Below, one piece after another: positions 1 through 8,099 of a stretch of 32,000 bases of DNA. Each line of letters opens with the position of its first letter. Positions within the stretch are counted from its first letter, which is position 1. The translations under genes were made by a program, and so were the position numbers. The stretch is from an uncultured archaeon. Lineage in GTDB: Archaea > Iainarchaeota > Iainarchaeia > Iainarchaeales > Iainarchaeaceae. The stretch spans positions 5,837 to 37,836 of the forward strand of contig CAZNZM010000003.1 in assembly GCA_964577555.1 (NCBI GenBank), written 5' to 3'. The notes under the pieces are model-generated. The model did no database searches. It was not told the DNA's origin and saw only the letters and a program-made list of their open reading frames with translations.

Positions 1-430
1 GAGCCGTTTTTTTTTGTTATTTTTTTTTGTTTGTTTTTTGCAAGCCAATTTTTTTGTCATTTTTTTTTTGAATTATTTTTTTGTTTTTTTTTGTTGTTTT
101 TTTTGGCGAGCCGTTTTTTTTTGTTATTTTTTTTTGTTTGTTTTTTGCAAGCCAATTTTTTTTGTCATTTTTTTTTTGAATTATTTTTTTGTCAATTATT
201 TTTTTGCAAGCCGTTTTTTATGGAATTTGTTTTTTTTGGCGTATTTTTTTTGTTTTTTTAGTTGATTTTTTTGGCAAACCACTTTTTTTTGTCATTTTGT
301 TTGTTTTTGCAAGCCTTTTTTTGTTTTGTTTTTTGTAGAGTTGTTTTTTTTTCATTTTTTTTCTTTGTTATTTGAGCCATTTTTTTTGTTTTTGTGTATT
401 AAAATGTTTTTTTTCTTTGTATTTTTCTTG
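1..430. repeat. T-rich intergenic repeat island (left edge), containing a ~107-bp tandem duplication
   Basis: Words GGCGAGCCG-Tn, GCAAGCCA-Tn-GTCAT-Tn and GGCAAACCAC-Tn-GTCAT. The block starting at 1 (gagccgtttt...gcaagccaattt...gtcat...gaattattttt) recurs starting at about 108. Confidence 0.75.
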
Positions 431-489
431 AGTTTGTTTTTTTTTGGTTTAATGGAAAATCTTTTTAATTTTGACATTCATATTAATGC

Positions 490-879
490 ATGCCTCATTT
501 TGATGCGTATATTTTCAACAAGAAAGGTATTAAGCGTAACTTGACTTTGATACTTGATGAAGGCGATGGCATTTTGGAGTCAATAAAGCAAGGTATGATT
601 CAGCATGGTTTGAGCGAGGTTAAAATAGAAGGTGCTGAGGGGAAAGTAAAGGAGGCTTTGATAAATTATTTTGAGCGTAATCAGTTCAAATCCAGTGTTT
701 TGAAGGATTCTAATGTAATGCTTGCTTCTGGTTCTTTTAAATTGAGTTATGGGGATTTATATGGTTCTATGAAAATAGCTACTTCTGACAAGCCGCCTAT
801 GCATGGCACTCTTGTAAAAGGTATTGCGCATGATGGTTTTGTTATAAAGTTGTCTTTTATTGATCTAATTGATAAGTGA
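490..879 (+). CDS. Small conserved-looking protein, possibly PPC/DUF296-like; function uncertain
   Basis: 129-aa ORF with non-low-complexity sequence (SGSFKLSYGDLYGSMKIATSDKPPMHGTLVKG). Followed closely by the next + strand gene. Confidence 0.6.
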   Translation: MPHFDAYIFNKKGIKRNLTLILDEGDGILESIKQGMIQHGLSEVKIEGAEGKVKEALINYFERNQFKSSVLKDSNVMLASGSFKLSYGDLYGSMKIATSDKPPMHGTLVKGIAHDGFVIKLSFIDLIDK

Positions 880-885
880 ATTTGC

Positions 886-1446
886 ATGAAGCTTTTTTTG
901 GCGACTAATAATAAGCATAAGGTTGATGAAATTTCAGCGTTGCTTTCAGATTATGGTGTTGGTTTAAGGCAAGCCAAGTTGGATCTTATAGAGCCTGATT
1001 TTGGTTCTTTGGAAGAGATTGCGAGTTATAAGGTTAAGCAGGCTTTTGACAAGCTTAAAAAGCCGGTTATTGCAGAGGATACTGGTGTTTATTTTTGTGG
1101 TTATAATAATTTTCCAGGCACACTTGCAAAGAGGGTTTTTCTTGGAATTGGTTTTGATGGTTTGGTGGCTTTGGTAAGGCTTTCAAAGAATAAAAAAGCT
1201 TATTTCAAGACAGTAGTTTCTTATTTTGATGGAAAAAGGTTGAAGACTTTTTCAGGGGTTCTTAAGGGCAGGCTTCTTGAAAAGGTTGTTTCTATTGAAA
1301 AGGACAGGCTTCCTTATGAGAAAATATTTGTGCCGGATGGTTTTTCAAAAGCTTTGGTTGATATTCCTTTGGATGAAAAAAACAAGTTTTCTCATCGTGC
1401 AAAAGCAGTGAAAAAATTTGGTGAATGGTTTAACTCTTTGCAATAA
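886..1446 (+). CDS. XTP/dITP (non-canonical purine NTP) pyrophosphatase, RdgB/HAM1 family
   Basis: N-terminal LATNNKHKVDEI, then AEDTGVYF, FPGTLAKR and a C-terminal FSHRAKAVKKF, matching the HAM1 family pattern (TxNxxKxxE, DDSGL, SHR.KA). Confidence 0.88.
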   Translation: MKLFLATNNKHKVDEISALLSDYGVGLRQAKLDLIEPDFGSLEEIASYKVKQAFDKLKKPVIAEDTGVYFCGYNNFPGTLAKRVFLGIGFDGLVALVRLSKNKKAYFKTVVSYFDGKRLKTFSGVLKGRLLEKVVSIEKDRLPYEKIFVPDGFSKALVDIPLDEKNKFSHRAKAVKKFGEWFNSLQ

Positions 1447-1516
1447 TAAAATTTGCTTTTTTTTGTATTCTATTTTTAAATTTCTTTTACAATTGAATAA
1501 TTATGTTGTGGTTTTT

Positions 1517-1602
1517 GCGGGAGTCCCATAGCCAGGTCAATTGGGTCAGGTTCAGGGCCTGATGGCTCAGTGCCTTCGGAGGTTCAAATCCTCCCTCCCG
1601 CA
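1517..1602 (+). tRNA. tRNA-Leu (anticodon CAG)
   Basis: Acceptor GCGGGAG/CTCCCGC; anticodon arm TCAGG-TTCAGGG-CCTGA; long class II variable arm TGGCTCAGTGCCTTC; T arm GGAGG-TTCAAAT-CCTCC; CCA not encoded. Confidence 0.95.
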
Positions 1603-1668
1603 TTCTAATGCTTGTTGTTTTTTTGCGTTTTTTAGTAAAATCAGGTTTTTAAAATAAAATAATTTTAA

Positions 1669-1686
1669 CGGCCCAATTTTGGGCCG
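1669..1686. terminator. Perfect 8-bp inverted repeat, possible terminator or structured 3' end for the small minus-strand ORF
   Basis: CGGCCCAA-TT-TTGGGCCG; in minus orientation it lies downstream of the ORF ending at 1726. Confidence 0.4.
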
Positions 1687-1725
1687 AAATTGGAAATATT
1701 GGTTAATAATAGAAAATTATTTTTT

Positions 1726-1860
1726 TTAGTAGCTTTCATCAGCGTCCGTGTCTGAGTCGTCGCTGTCGAAATCGTCATCTTCGTCTTCGTCTTCAAAGTC
1801 GTCATCTGTGTCGAAATCTTCTTCATCTTCGAATTTTATTGTTTTTTCCATGATGTCCAT
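1726..1860 (-). CDS. Small highly acidic protein (44 aa), below the ORF track size cutoff
   Basis: Translates as MDIMEKTIKFEDEEDFDTDDDFEDEDEDDDFDSDDSDTDADESY*. Shine-Dalgarno-like GGAGGT is just upstream (tttcGGAGGTtgaaacATG), with a TATA-like TTTAAATATTTAA further upstream. Confidence 0.65.
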   Translation of the reverse strand: MDIMEKTIKFEDEEDFDTDDDFEDEDEDDDFDSDDSDTDADESY

Positions 1861-2010
1861 GTTTCAACCTCCGAAATTATGTTACTGAAACTTCCTTGCA
1901 TTAAATATTTAAAGCTGACGTCAAGGCGTTTTTTTAGAGTATTTTTTATTTTTTTCCGTTTTTTGGGGGTTTGTTAATTTAAAAACTCTTGCCAATACTT
2001 TTTGAAATGC

Positions 2011-2083
2011 GGGCTCGTGGTCTATTGGTTATGACGCGACCTTCACACGGTCGAGGTAGCAGGTTCAATTCCTGCCGGGCCCA
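2011..2083 (+). tRNA. tRNA-Val (anticodon CAC)
   Basis: Acceptor GGGCTCG/CGGGCCC; anticodon arm CGACC-TTCACAC-GGTCG; T arm GCAGG-TTCAATT-CCTGC; CCA not encoded. Confidence 0.94.
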
Positions 2084-2089
2084 TTTTTA

Positions 2090-2300
2090 ACATAAGAATT
2101 TTTAGTTGGTTTTATAATTGTTTCTTGAATTTTTTAATTTTATATTTTTTCCAAGCCATTTTTAGACAATTTTATTTTTTTGTCTTTTGCATGTCTTTTT
2201 GCCAGCCAACGTTTTTTTTGAGTTTAATTTTTTTTTGTTTTTTTTTCGAGTATTTTTTTAATTATTTTTTTTGAGCTCAATTTGTTTTTTTTAATTGTTT
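2090..2300. repeat. T-rich intergenic island
   Basis: Long T runs interspersed with gccagcc, gagtt and cgag words, between tRNA-Val (+) and the herA-like gene (-). Confidence 0.5.
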
Positions 2301-2303
2301 TTT

Positions 2304-4673
2304 TTACTCTCTGAATGCGCTTGCTGTTATTCCTGAGTCCCATGAGAGTCTTGGCCTCATTTTTACAAGCCAGATTTTTTCGGTTTCGTCGTCAAGTATT
2401 AGTGCGAAACCTTTTCCGCGTGGCATTTCTTGGTAGTATTTGTCAAAATTTTGATACAAATAGGATGGTCTTAGTTGTGAAACTGCTTCTATGTCTGGTT
2501 GTGCTGTCATTCTGTGTGATATGAAAATGTCGCATTGGCTTATGCAGTCAGGGTGTAGTTTGTTCGGCCTTTGCGTTGCCAATACTAGTGAAAGCCCTGG
2601 TTGTCTTCCGACTCTTACCCATTCAAGTAATGAGGAAAGGGCTATGCTGTCTTCGTCTTTTGGCATGAACATGTGTGCTTCGTCAATTAACATCCAGATT
2701 ATTGGAAGGTCGCTTTCCCGAGAAAATCCTTTGATGACTCTTATTTCTTCTTCTTTTCTGTATAGCATTCTTTCTTCAAAAAGTCTTTTTCCTATAATGC
2801 CTACTATTATGTCTCTTGTTCCTTCCATTCCTGCGGCTTGTCTGTATGATGAAACGTCTATTATTGTGATTGTGTTTGGCCTTGCTAAGTCTTTGATTTT
2901 TGAACCTTCTTTTTCAAATAAACCCCATGTTTTTGCTGTTGCAAATCTTCCTGCAACTGCATCCTTGACGTTTTTTTCCGATTCAGTATCGTTTTTTGCC
3001 GATTCTATCAGGTCATCCAAGCCATAAAAGGTGCCGAGTTTTGCTTTGGCGTTTTCAATTACTCTGGCAATTAGTGATCCTTCCGGTTCTTTCCATGAAA
3101 CTTTGAATAGGCTCATCCATTCGTGTGAATCAAGTTCTGATGTTCTTATTGTGAATGCTCCGTCTATTGGTAGATCTTTTCTTTTGTAAAATTCGAATTG
3201 TCCTTTTGGTACCATTACTTTTATTTCTATTGGCTCTGGTTTTAGTTCCCATTTTTCTAATTCCGACGTGTTGTTTTTTGTTGGTATTTTCATGCTCCAA
3301 AAAATTCCGACAGTGTCAATCACTATTACACTCATTCTTGACCTTATTTCTATTGGTTGTCTTGCAAATTCTTCTATGAGTATTCCAAGTGAGTAAGAAT
3401 TGTGCACTATAATATCATTTGCTATAAAGTTGTGCGTATTTGGGACGCTTATATCATATACTTCAAATTTTCCAGTTATTTCTTTTATTGAAGTGATTGT
3501 GTCCCAATAAATATGGTTTTCTGTTTGTGTTGTTTCGTTTTTGGTGTCTTCGTTTGTTTTGATTATTTGTAGCATTTTTTGTCTTGAATTTTTTTCGTTT
3601 GTTTCAATTGTAATCTGGTTTTCAATTTGTTGTGTTTTGATTTCGCTTTTTAATTCGCATAGTTTTATTTCTTCTTCAAATTTTTGAATGAAATCTTTTT
3701 TTATTTCTATTTCATATTTGGCGTCTTTTTTTTTGTTTGTCAGTTTGGAAACTATTCCGAATCTTAGCAAAAGATGTTGTATTTGTTTGGCCAATTTTTC
3801 CGATGCAAAATAGTATTTCATTGGTTCTTGTTGGTTGTTGCATTTGAAAAGGGTGTTTAGAAATAGTGCTAATTTTTCTTTTGGCAATTTGAAAATTTTT
3901 TCAGGAATTTGTTTGTCACTGGTATTTATGATTTTTGTGTTTATTAATAGTTCTTTGATTTTTTTAGTGTTTTTTATTGCAATATAATTAGGTTCTTTTT
4001 CTTGGATTATTTTGTTTTGGTTGTCGAGTTCTTTTATGCTTGTTTTCAAGTCTTGTTTTGTTTCTTCATTCAAGTTGTGGAATAGTATGTATTTTTTGTT
4101 GGTTGTGCCTGTTGCTATAAAATATGCTGTTAATTTTATTTCTTGGTCTTTCATGTTTTCGTTTCCGAAGATATCGAGTTTTTTTGCAGTGGCTATTTTG
4201 CTTCCAATTGAGAGTTCCTTTGCTGGTCTCCAGCCTTGTTCAGTTAGCAATGGGTGTTCTGGCGTGAGTTTTATTTTTTTGCCTGTTTCTAATTCGATTT
4301 CAAGCATTTTTTCTGTTTGTCTTTTGTAAAATTCGTCTTTGTATGCTTCTTTGATTTTGCATGAGTTGTTTAAAGACATTATTTTTCTTTTGTCTTTTTC
4401 CAAGTCTTTTATTTTAACAAGCGAGCCGTCTGATAAAGTTATTAATGTGTCTCCTTCAAGGCATTTGCCCCCGCCTCGCTTTCCGCAAATTAGCATCATG
4501 TGTGGTCTTGCTATGTCTATAAGTACTTTTCTGCCAAGCACTGGGTTTTCGCCTGAACTCATTACCACTTTGCCAACGTATGCTGTGCCTTTGGTGCCGT
4601 ATTTTTCTATGTCTTTTTGGTTTCTTCCAAGTATTGAAAAGTCGTTTCCTTGGTTGTTAGTTTCGTTTTCCAT
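2304..4673 (-). CDS. HerA-like (DUF87) AAA+ ATPase precursor containing an in-frame intein
   Basis: Extein has split Walker A GKRGGGK|S, Walker B IIWMLIDEAHMFMP, and ATQRP...ISQCDIFISHRM. 789-aa precursor; about 434 aa after splicing. Confidence 0.9.
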   Translation of the reverse strand: MENETNNQGNDFSILGRNQKDIEKYGTKGTAYVGKVVMSSGENPVLGRKVLIDIARPHMMLICGKRGGGKCLEGDTLITLSDGSLVKIKDLEKDKRKIMSLNNSCKIKEAYKDEFYKRQTEKMLEIELETGKKIKLTPEHPLLTEQGWRPAKELSIGSKIATAKKLDIFGNENMKDQEIKLTAYFIATGTTNKKYILFHNLNEETKQDLKTSIKELDNQNKIIQEKEPNYIAIKNTKKIKELLINTKIINTSDKQIPEKIFKLPKEKLALFLNTLFKCNNQQEPMKYYFASEKLAKQIQHLLLRFGIVSKLTNKKKDAKYEIEIKKDFIQKFEEEIKLCELKSEIKTQQIENQITIETNEKNSRQKMLQIIKTNEDTKNETTQTENHIYWDTITSIKEITGKFEVYDISVPNTHNFIANDIIVHNSYSLGILIEEFARQPIEIRSRMSVIVIDTVGIFWSMKIPTKNNTSELEKWELKPEPIEIKVMVPKGQFEFYKRKDLPIDGAFTIRTSELDSHEWMSLFKVSWKEPEGSLIARVIENAKAKLGTFYGLDDLIESAKNDTESEKNVKDAVAGRFATAKTWGLFEKEGSKIKDLARPNTITIIDVSSYRQAAGMEGTRDIIVGIIGKRLFEERMLYRKEEEIRVIKGFSRESDLPIIWMLIDEAHMFMPKDEDSIALSSLLEWVRVGRQPGLSLVLATQRPNKLHPDCISQCDIFISHRMTAQPDIEAVSQLRPSYLYQNFDKYYQEMPRGKGFALILDDETEKIWLVKMRPRLSWDSGITASAFRE
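3399..4463 (-). other. Intein (355 aa) inserted between GKRGGGK and S of the HerA Walker A motif
   Basis: Starts with Cys: CLEGDTLITLSDGSLVKIKDL. Block B-like LTPEHPLLTEQGW; terminal blocks EVYDISVPNTHNFIANDIIVHN followed by +1 Ser. TGC codon at 4461-4463, Asn codon at 3399-3401. Confidence 0.93.
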
Positions 4674-4812
4674 GTTATTTAGAACTGCTTTTTAGTATTT
4701 TAATATATATTCTGGCTGTTGGTTAATGGGAGTTAAGGGGGAGGAGGTTTCACATTTCTCTTAGGTGGGGGTTTAATAATTAGTTGAGAATGTTTTGCCT
4801 CCTTCCGCCTTC

Positions 4813-5298
4813 CTAGCCTTTTGCTAAGTATATCACTTTTTTTCCTGATTGGACTTTTTTAAGGTGTCCTTCTCTGTATAGTTTATTTAATCTTTGGCAT
4901 GCTGCGTTTAGTCCTTTATAATTTAGCATTGTTTTTATGTCTGTTGCAGTGCAGCCGCCTCTTTCTTCTATTGTTTTGAGTATGAGTTGGTCTTGTTCTC
5001 CTAGTATTTCAAATTTTGTTGTTTGTTGGTTTGGCTGGTTCTGCTCTTCAATTTTTGTGTTTTGGCTTGTTTTTAATGTAAGCATGATTTTGTCGAATTT
5101 GTCGTTTATTTCTTCTAATAATTTGTTTGTGTGTTCTCTTTCTCTGACTACTTTTAGCATTATTGCAGCAAGTATTTTGGGGTTTTCAGCGTGGGCTATT
5201 AAATTGTCTATTTCTTGCATTTCCGAAGCTTTTGGAATTATTTTTTCCAAAAATTCCTTTTCTTGAATTGCTTCCTTGAAAATATCATGACTATTCAT
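4813..5298 (-). CDS. Winged helix-turn-helix DNA-binding protein
   Basis: C-terminal wHTH pattern: QLILKTIEERGGCTATDIKTMLNYKGLNAACQRLNKLYREGHLKKVQSGKKVIYLAKG. Lies directly upstream of the HerA gene on the same strand. Confidence 0.8.
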   Translation of the reverse strand: MNSHDIFKEAIQEKEFLEKIIPKASEMQEIDNLIAHAENPKILAAIMLKVVREREHTNKLLEEINDKFDKIMLTLKTSQNTKIEEQNQPNQQTTKFEILGEQDQLILKTIEERGGCTATDIKTMLNYKGLNAACQRLNKLYREGHLKKVQSGKKVIYLAKG

Positions 5299-5320
5299 GA
5301 TTTATCATGATGATTCATGA
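5285..5320. promoter_or_regulatory. Putative operator: four TCATGA palindromes at exact 10-bp spacing
   Basis: TCATGA at 5285, 5295, 5305 and 5315, i.e. (TCATGA-N4)x4. They overlap the start codon of the wHTH gene (5298). TATA-like tatataaatatttat follows at about 5321-5335. Confidence 0.7.
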
Positions 5321-5373
5321 TATATAAATATTTATCGCATTAGGAAAACCAAATTCTTGTATAAAACCTTTTA

Positions 5374-5405
5374 TTTAAGCCCCTATATAATTTATGGGGT
5401 TTAAG
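5374..5405 (+). terminator. Hairpin followed by T tract (plus orientation), terminator-like
   Basis: TTTAAGCCCC / GGGGTTTAAG pair with G-U wobble, 12-nt loop, followed by gTTTTTTT. Flanking genes are on the minus strand, so its role is unclear. Confidence 0.3.
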
Positions 5406-5680
5406 GTTTTTTTGGTGTTTTTTTGATTGAATAAAATATCATTGATTAGTATGTTTTTAAATCAATTGTTGGCTCATTTTTTTGTGTTTTTTCAGGTGTT
5501 TCTTTGATTTTTTAGTTTGTTGGTGCTATTTTAATATTTCCCTCGTATTTTTGTCCCTCAAAAGTTTTTTTTAATGGATTTTTGGGGTTATTAAAAATTA
5601 TTTATTTGTTTTTTTTGGGTTTTTGGTTGAATTTTCATTTTTTTTGGCTGGTTGGTTATTTTTTTTAGTGAAGGGCTTTT

Positions 5681-6274
5681 TTATTGTGTTTGTTTTTCTT
5701 CAATAATTTTTGCTGTGTATGTTTTTATTTTAATTTCATTTATTCCTTTTTTCCATTCTTCTTTGTCAAGTCCTGCTTTTTTGCATAGTTCTGAAATGAA
5801 TTCTTCTTTTTTTGGCAATTGTTTCCAGACTTGTGGCAGGAATGTGGCTTTTCTTGTCCCTTTTTGCAATATTATTCCCTTGTTGTTTTTTAGTTTTTTT
5901 AGCAGTTCTTCTGGTGATTTGAATTTGAGTTCTTTTGGCTTTGAAAGTATTGATATTTCTATTTTGATATTTTCTATTTCGTCTTCTGTTGTTATGGGGT
6001 GAAATCGTGGATCGTAGAATGTTGCAAGAACTGCGTTTTTTATTATTGTTTCATAAAGTTTATTTTCAGGTTCAATATTTCCAATGCATCCATGCAGTTC
6101 ATCATTAAGGTATATTGTAACAAAGCACCCTTTTGTTTTTTTAAGTTCTTGAAACGGTATTTCTTTTGGTTTTATTTGCATTATTTTTTTGTATTTCATG
6201 AAGTGCCTTATTGAGGTTCTTGCCAATTTTAATGAGAATTTTTCTAATTCATTTTTCTTGTTCATGTGTCTCAC
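5681..6274 (-). CDS. amrA: AMMECR1-domain protein of the AmmeMemoRadiSam system
   Basis: GCFVTIYLNDELHGCIGNIEPENKLYETIIKNAVLATFYDPRFHPIT matches the AMMECR1 core (GCFVTL...LRGCIG...DPRF.P). ATGA overlap with the upstream gene. Confidence 0.9.
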   Translation of the reverse strand: MRHMNKKNELEKFSLKLARTSIRHFMKYKKIMQIKPKEIPFQELKKTKGCFVTIYLNDELHGCIGNIEPENKLYETIIKNAVLATFYDPRFHPITTEDEIENIKIEISILSKPKELKFKSPEELLKKLKNNKGIILQKGTRKATFLPQVWKQLPKKEEFISELCKKAGLDKEEWKKGINEIKIKTYTAKIIEEKQTQ

Positions 6275-7059
6275 TCAAAGAATGCGTATGCTCCATAGCC
6301 TACTACTGAATTTTTGTTTCCTGCAGTGTCTCCGGAATTTTTGTAATCAAGTAATTTTCCTTTCCAATTTAGTTTTTTTGCGATGTGCATTAATGCAATT
6401 ATTCCTGTTAGTCCGCAGGCTTCTATTTGGGTTGTTGTTTCAATGTCAAGGCTTGGTATTGCTTTGTTTGCTATTGAATCAATTGCAATTGCTTCGTCAT
6501 AGGTGTAATAGTGGCTTAGGTCAGAGCTTGCTATTATTATTGTGTCTTCGTCAATTAATTCTTTGATTTGTTCAGCTAGTTTTTCCGGGTTTATTTTTCC
6601 ATAGACAATCGGGTTTATCGTGAATTTTTTTAGAGAGCATTGTAGGAATGGTATTTGTGTTTCTATTGAATGTTCTTTTGAATGGCTGTGTGGGTATTGC
6701 ATGAATCCTTTTTCGGATGTTTTGACTTTTCCAAGTGGTGTTTCCCAATATTGTGCTCCTGAGTTTGCCGCGCCGTTAAATGGTATGAAGTGTGAAGGCC
6801 CTATTATGATTGTTTTCCATTGTTTTTTTTGTTCTAGTTTTTTTATAAGTGAATATGCTTTTCCTGCCACTATGCCTGAATAAATGTATCCTGCGTGTGG
6901 GCTTATGATTGCTTTTAATTTTTCATTAGGTTTTGTTTTTGTTGTTTGTGTGAATTTTTCTATCATGTCTTTTAGTTCTTTTGGGTTTGCTGGATAAAAA
7001 ATTCCTGCAACTGCTGGTTTTCTTGTTTTATTTCCATATTCCTGGTATTTTTTCTCCAC
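6271..7059 (-). CDS. amrB: MEMO-like protein of the AmmeMemoRadiSam system
   Basis: RKPAVAGIFYPANP, ISPHAGYIYSG, IIIGPSHF, EHSIETQIPFLQ, IIASSDLSHY, all typical of the Memo family. Confidence 0.92.
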   Translation of the reverse strand: MEKKYQEYGNKTRKPAVAGIFYPANPKELKDMIEKFTQTTKTKPNEKLKAIISPHAGYIYSGIVAGKAYSLIKKLEQKKQWKTIIIGPSHFIPFNGAANSGAQYWETPLGKVKTSEKGFMQYPHSHSKEHSIETQIPFLQCSLKKFTINPIVYGKINPEKLAEQIKELIDEDTIIIASSDLSHYYTYDEAIAIDSIANKAIPSLDIETTTQIEACGLTGIIALMHIAKKLNWKGKLLDYKNSGDTAGNKNSVVGYGAYAFFE

Positions 7060-8077
7060 ATTCGCACCTTCCTTTATTAAGTGAAATTATTTTAGTGTTG
7101 TATCCGTTTCTTTGTATGAGTGTTTTGTTGCATTTTGGACAGAAAGTGTTTTCATGTATTGTTGAAACATTGCCAACATAGACATATTCTAATCCTGCTT
7201 TTTTGCCTATTTTATATGCTTTTTCAAGGGTTTGTATTGGGGTTATTTCTTTGTCAAGCATTTTATAATCCGGATGGAATCTTGTTATGTGCCATGGCAT
7301 TTTTTTATCCACTTGTGCTATGAATCCTGCTATTTGTGCGAGTTCTTTTTCTGAGTCGTTTTCGTTTGGAATTATCAGTGTTGTGATTTCTACCCAGATC
7401 CCAAGTTTTTTTGCCAGTTTTATAGTTTCTAGTACTGGCTCAAGTTTTGCTCTGCATGTTTTCATATAAAATTGCTCTGTAAATGCTTTGAGGTCAATGT
7501 TCATTGCGTCAAGGAATGGTTTTATTTTGTTCAAGCTTTCTTTTGATTCATAGCCGTTTGAGACAAAGACGTTTTTTATTCCTTTTTTGTGTGCAAGTTT
7601 TGCTGTGTCGTAAGCGTATTCGAAAAATATTGCTGGTTCGTTGTAGGTGTAGGCTATGCTTGGTATTTTGTTTTCGATGCAATATTCTACTATTTGTTCT
7701 GGTTCTAATGTTTGGCCGTATTCAGCCAATTCGCCTATTTTTATGGTTTGTTCTTTTTGTTCTTTGAATTTTATTTTTATTTCTCTTGTTGCTTGTGATA
7801 TGTCCCAGTTTTGGCAGAAAGTGCATCCGAAATTGCAGCCTATTGTTCCTATTGAAAATATTGTTGTGCTAGGTAGAAAGTGGAAAAGTGGTTTTTTTTC
7901 AATTGGGTCTATGTGGCATGCTGCTGCTTTGCCGTAAACTATTAGGTATAGCTCTCCTTTTTCGTTTTTTCTTACTCCGCATATTCCTGTTGCGCCTTCT
8001 TTGATTATGCAATAGTGTTTGCATGCAGTGCATTTTACTGCATCGCCTGTTTTTTGGAAGAGCATCGCTTTGTGCAT
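7028..8077 (-). CDS. amrS: AmmeMemoRadiSam system radical SAM protein
   Basis: CNFGCTFCQNWDIS (CxxxCxxC), GICGVRKNEKGELYL and WHITRFHPDYKM; same-strand gene order amrS-amrB-amrA. Confidence 0.93.
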   Translation of the reverse strand: MHKAMLFQKTGDAVKCTACKHYCIIKEGATGICGVRKNEKGELYLIVYGKAAACHIDPIEKKPLFHFLPSTTIFSIGTIGCNFGCTFCQNWDISQATREIKIKFKEQKEQTIKIGELAEYGQTLEPEQIVEYCIENKIPSIAYTYNEPAIFFEYAYDTAKLAHKKGIKNVFVSNGYESKESLNKIKPFLDAMNIDLKAFTEQFYMKTCRAKLEPVLETIKLAKKLGIWVEITTLIIPNENDSEKELAQIAGFIAQVDKKMPWHITRFHPDYKMLDKEITPIQTLEKAYKIGKKAGLEYVYVGNVSTIHENTFCPKCNKTLIQRNGYNTKIISLNKGRCECGEKIPGIWK

Positions 8078-8099
8078 GAAATATTTTGTTTTGAAAGTT

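Noticed and set aside
14-265. Phe-rich plus-strand ORFs in T-rich islands (14..265, 31..261, 8286..8477, 15252..15473 and similar)
   Set aside because: Composition artefacts of poly-T tracts; multiple overlapping frames read equally well.
326-544. 72-aa plus-strand ORF upstream of the 490..879 gene
   Set aside because: Mostly a poly-T-derived Phe-rich stretch overlapping a better ORF.
2491-3027. Plus-strand ORFs inside the HerA and other minus-strand genes (2491..3027, 4012..4329, 9095..9676, 13492..13857, 16576..17091)
   Set aside because: Antisense shadows of strongly supported genes, a consequence of the strand composition.
5285-5320. CRISPR-like short repeat array
   Set aside because: The units are only 6 bp with 4-bp spacers, far too short for CRISPR; operator-like interpretation fits better.
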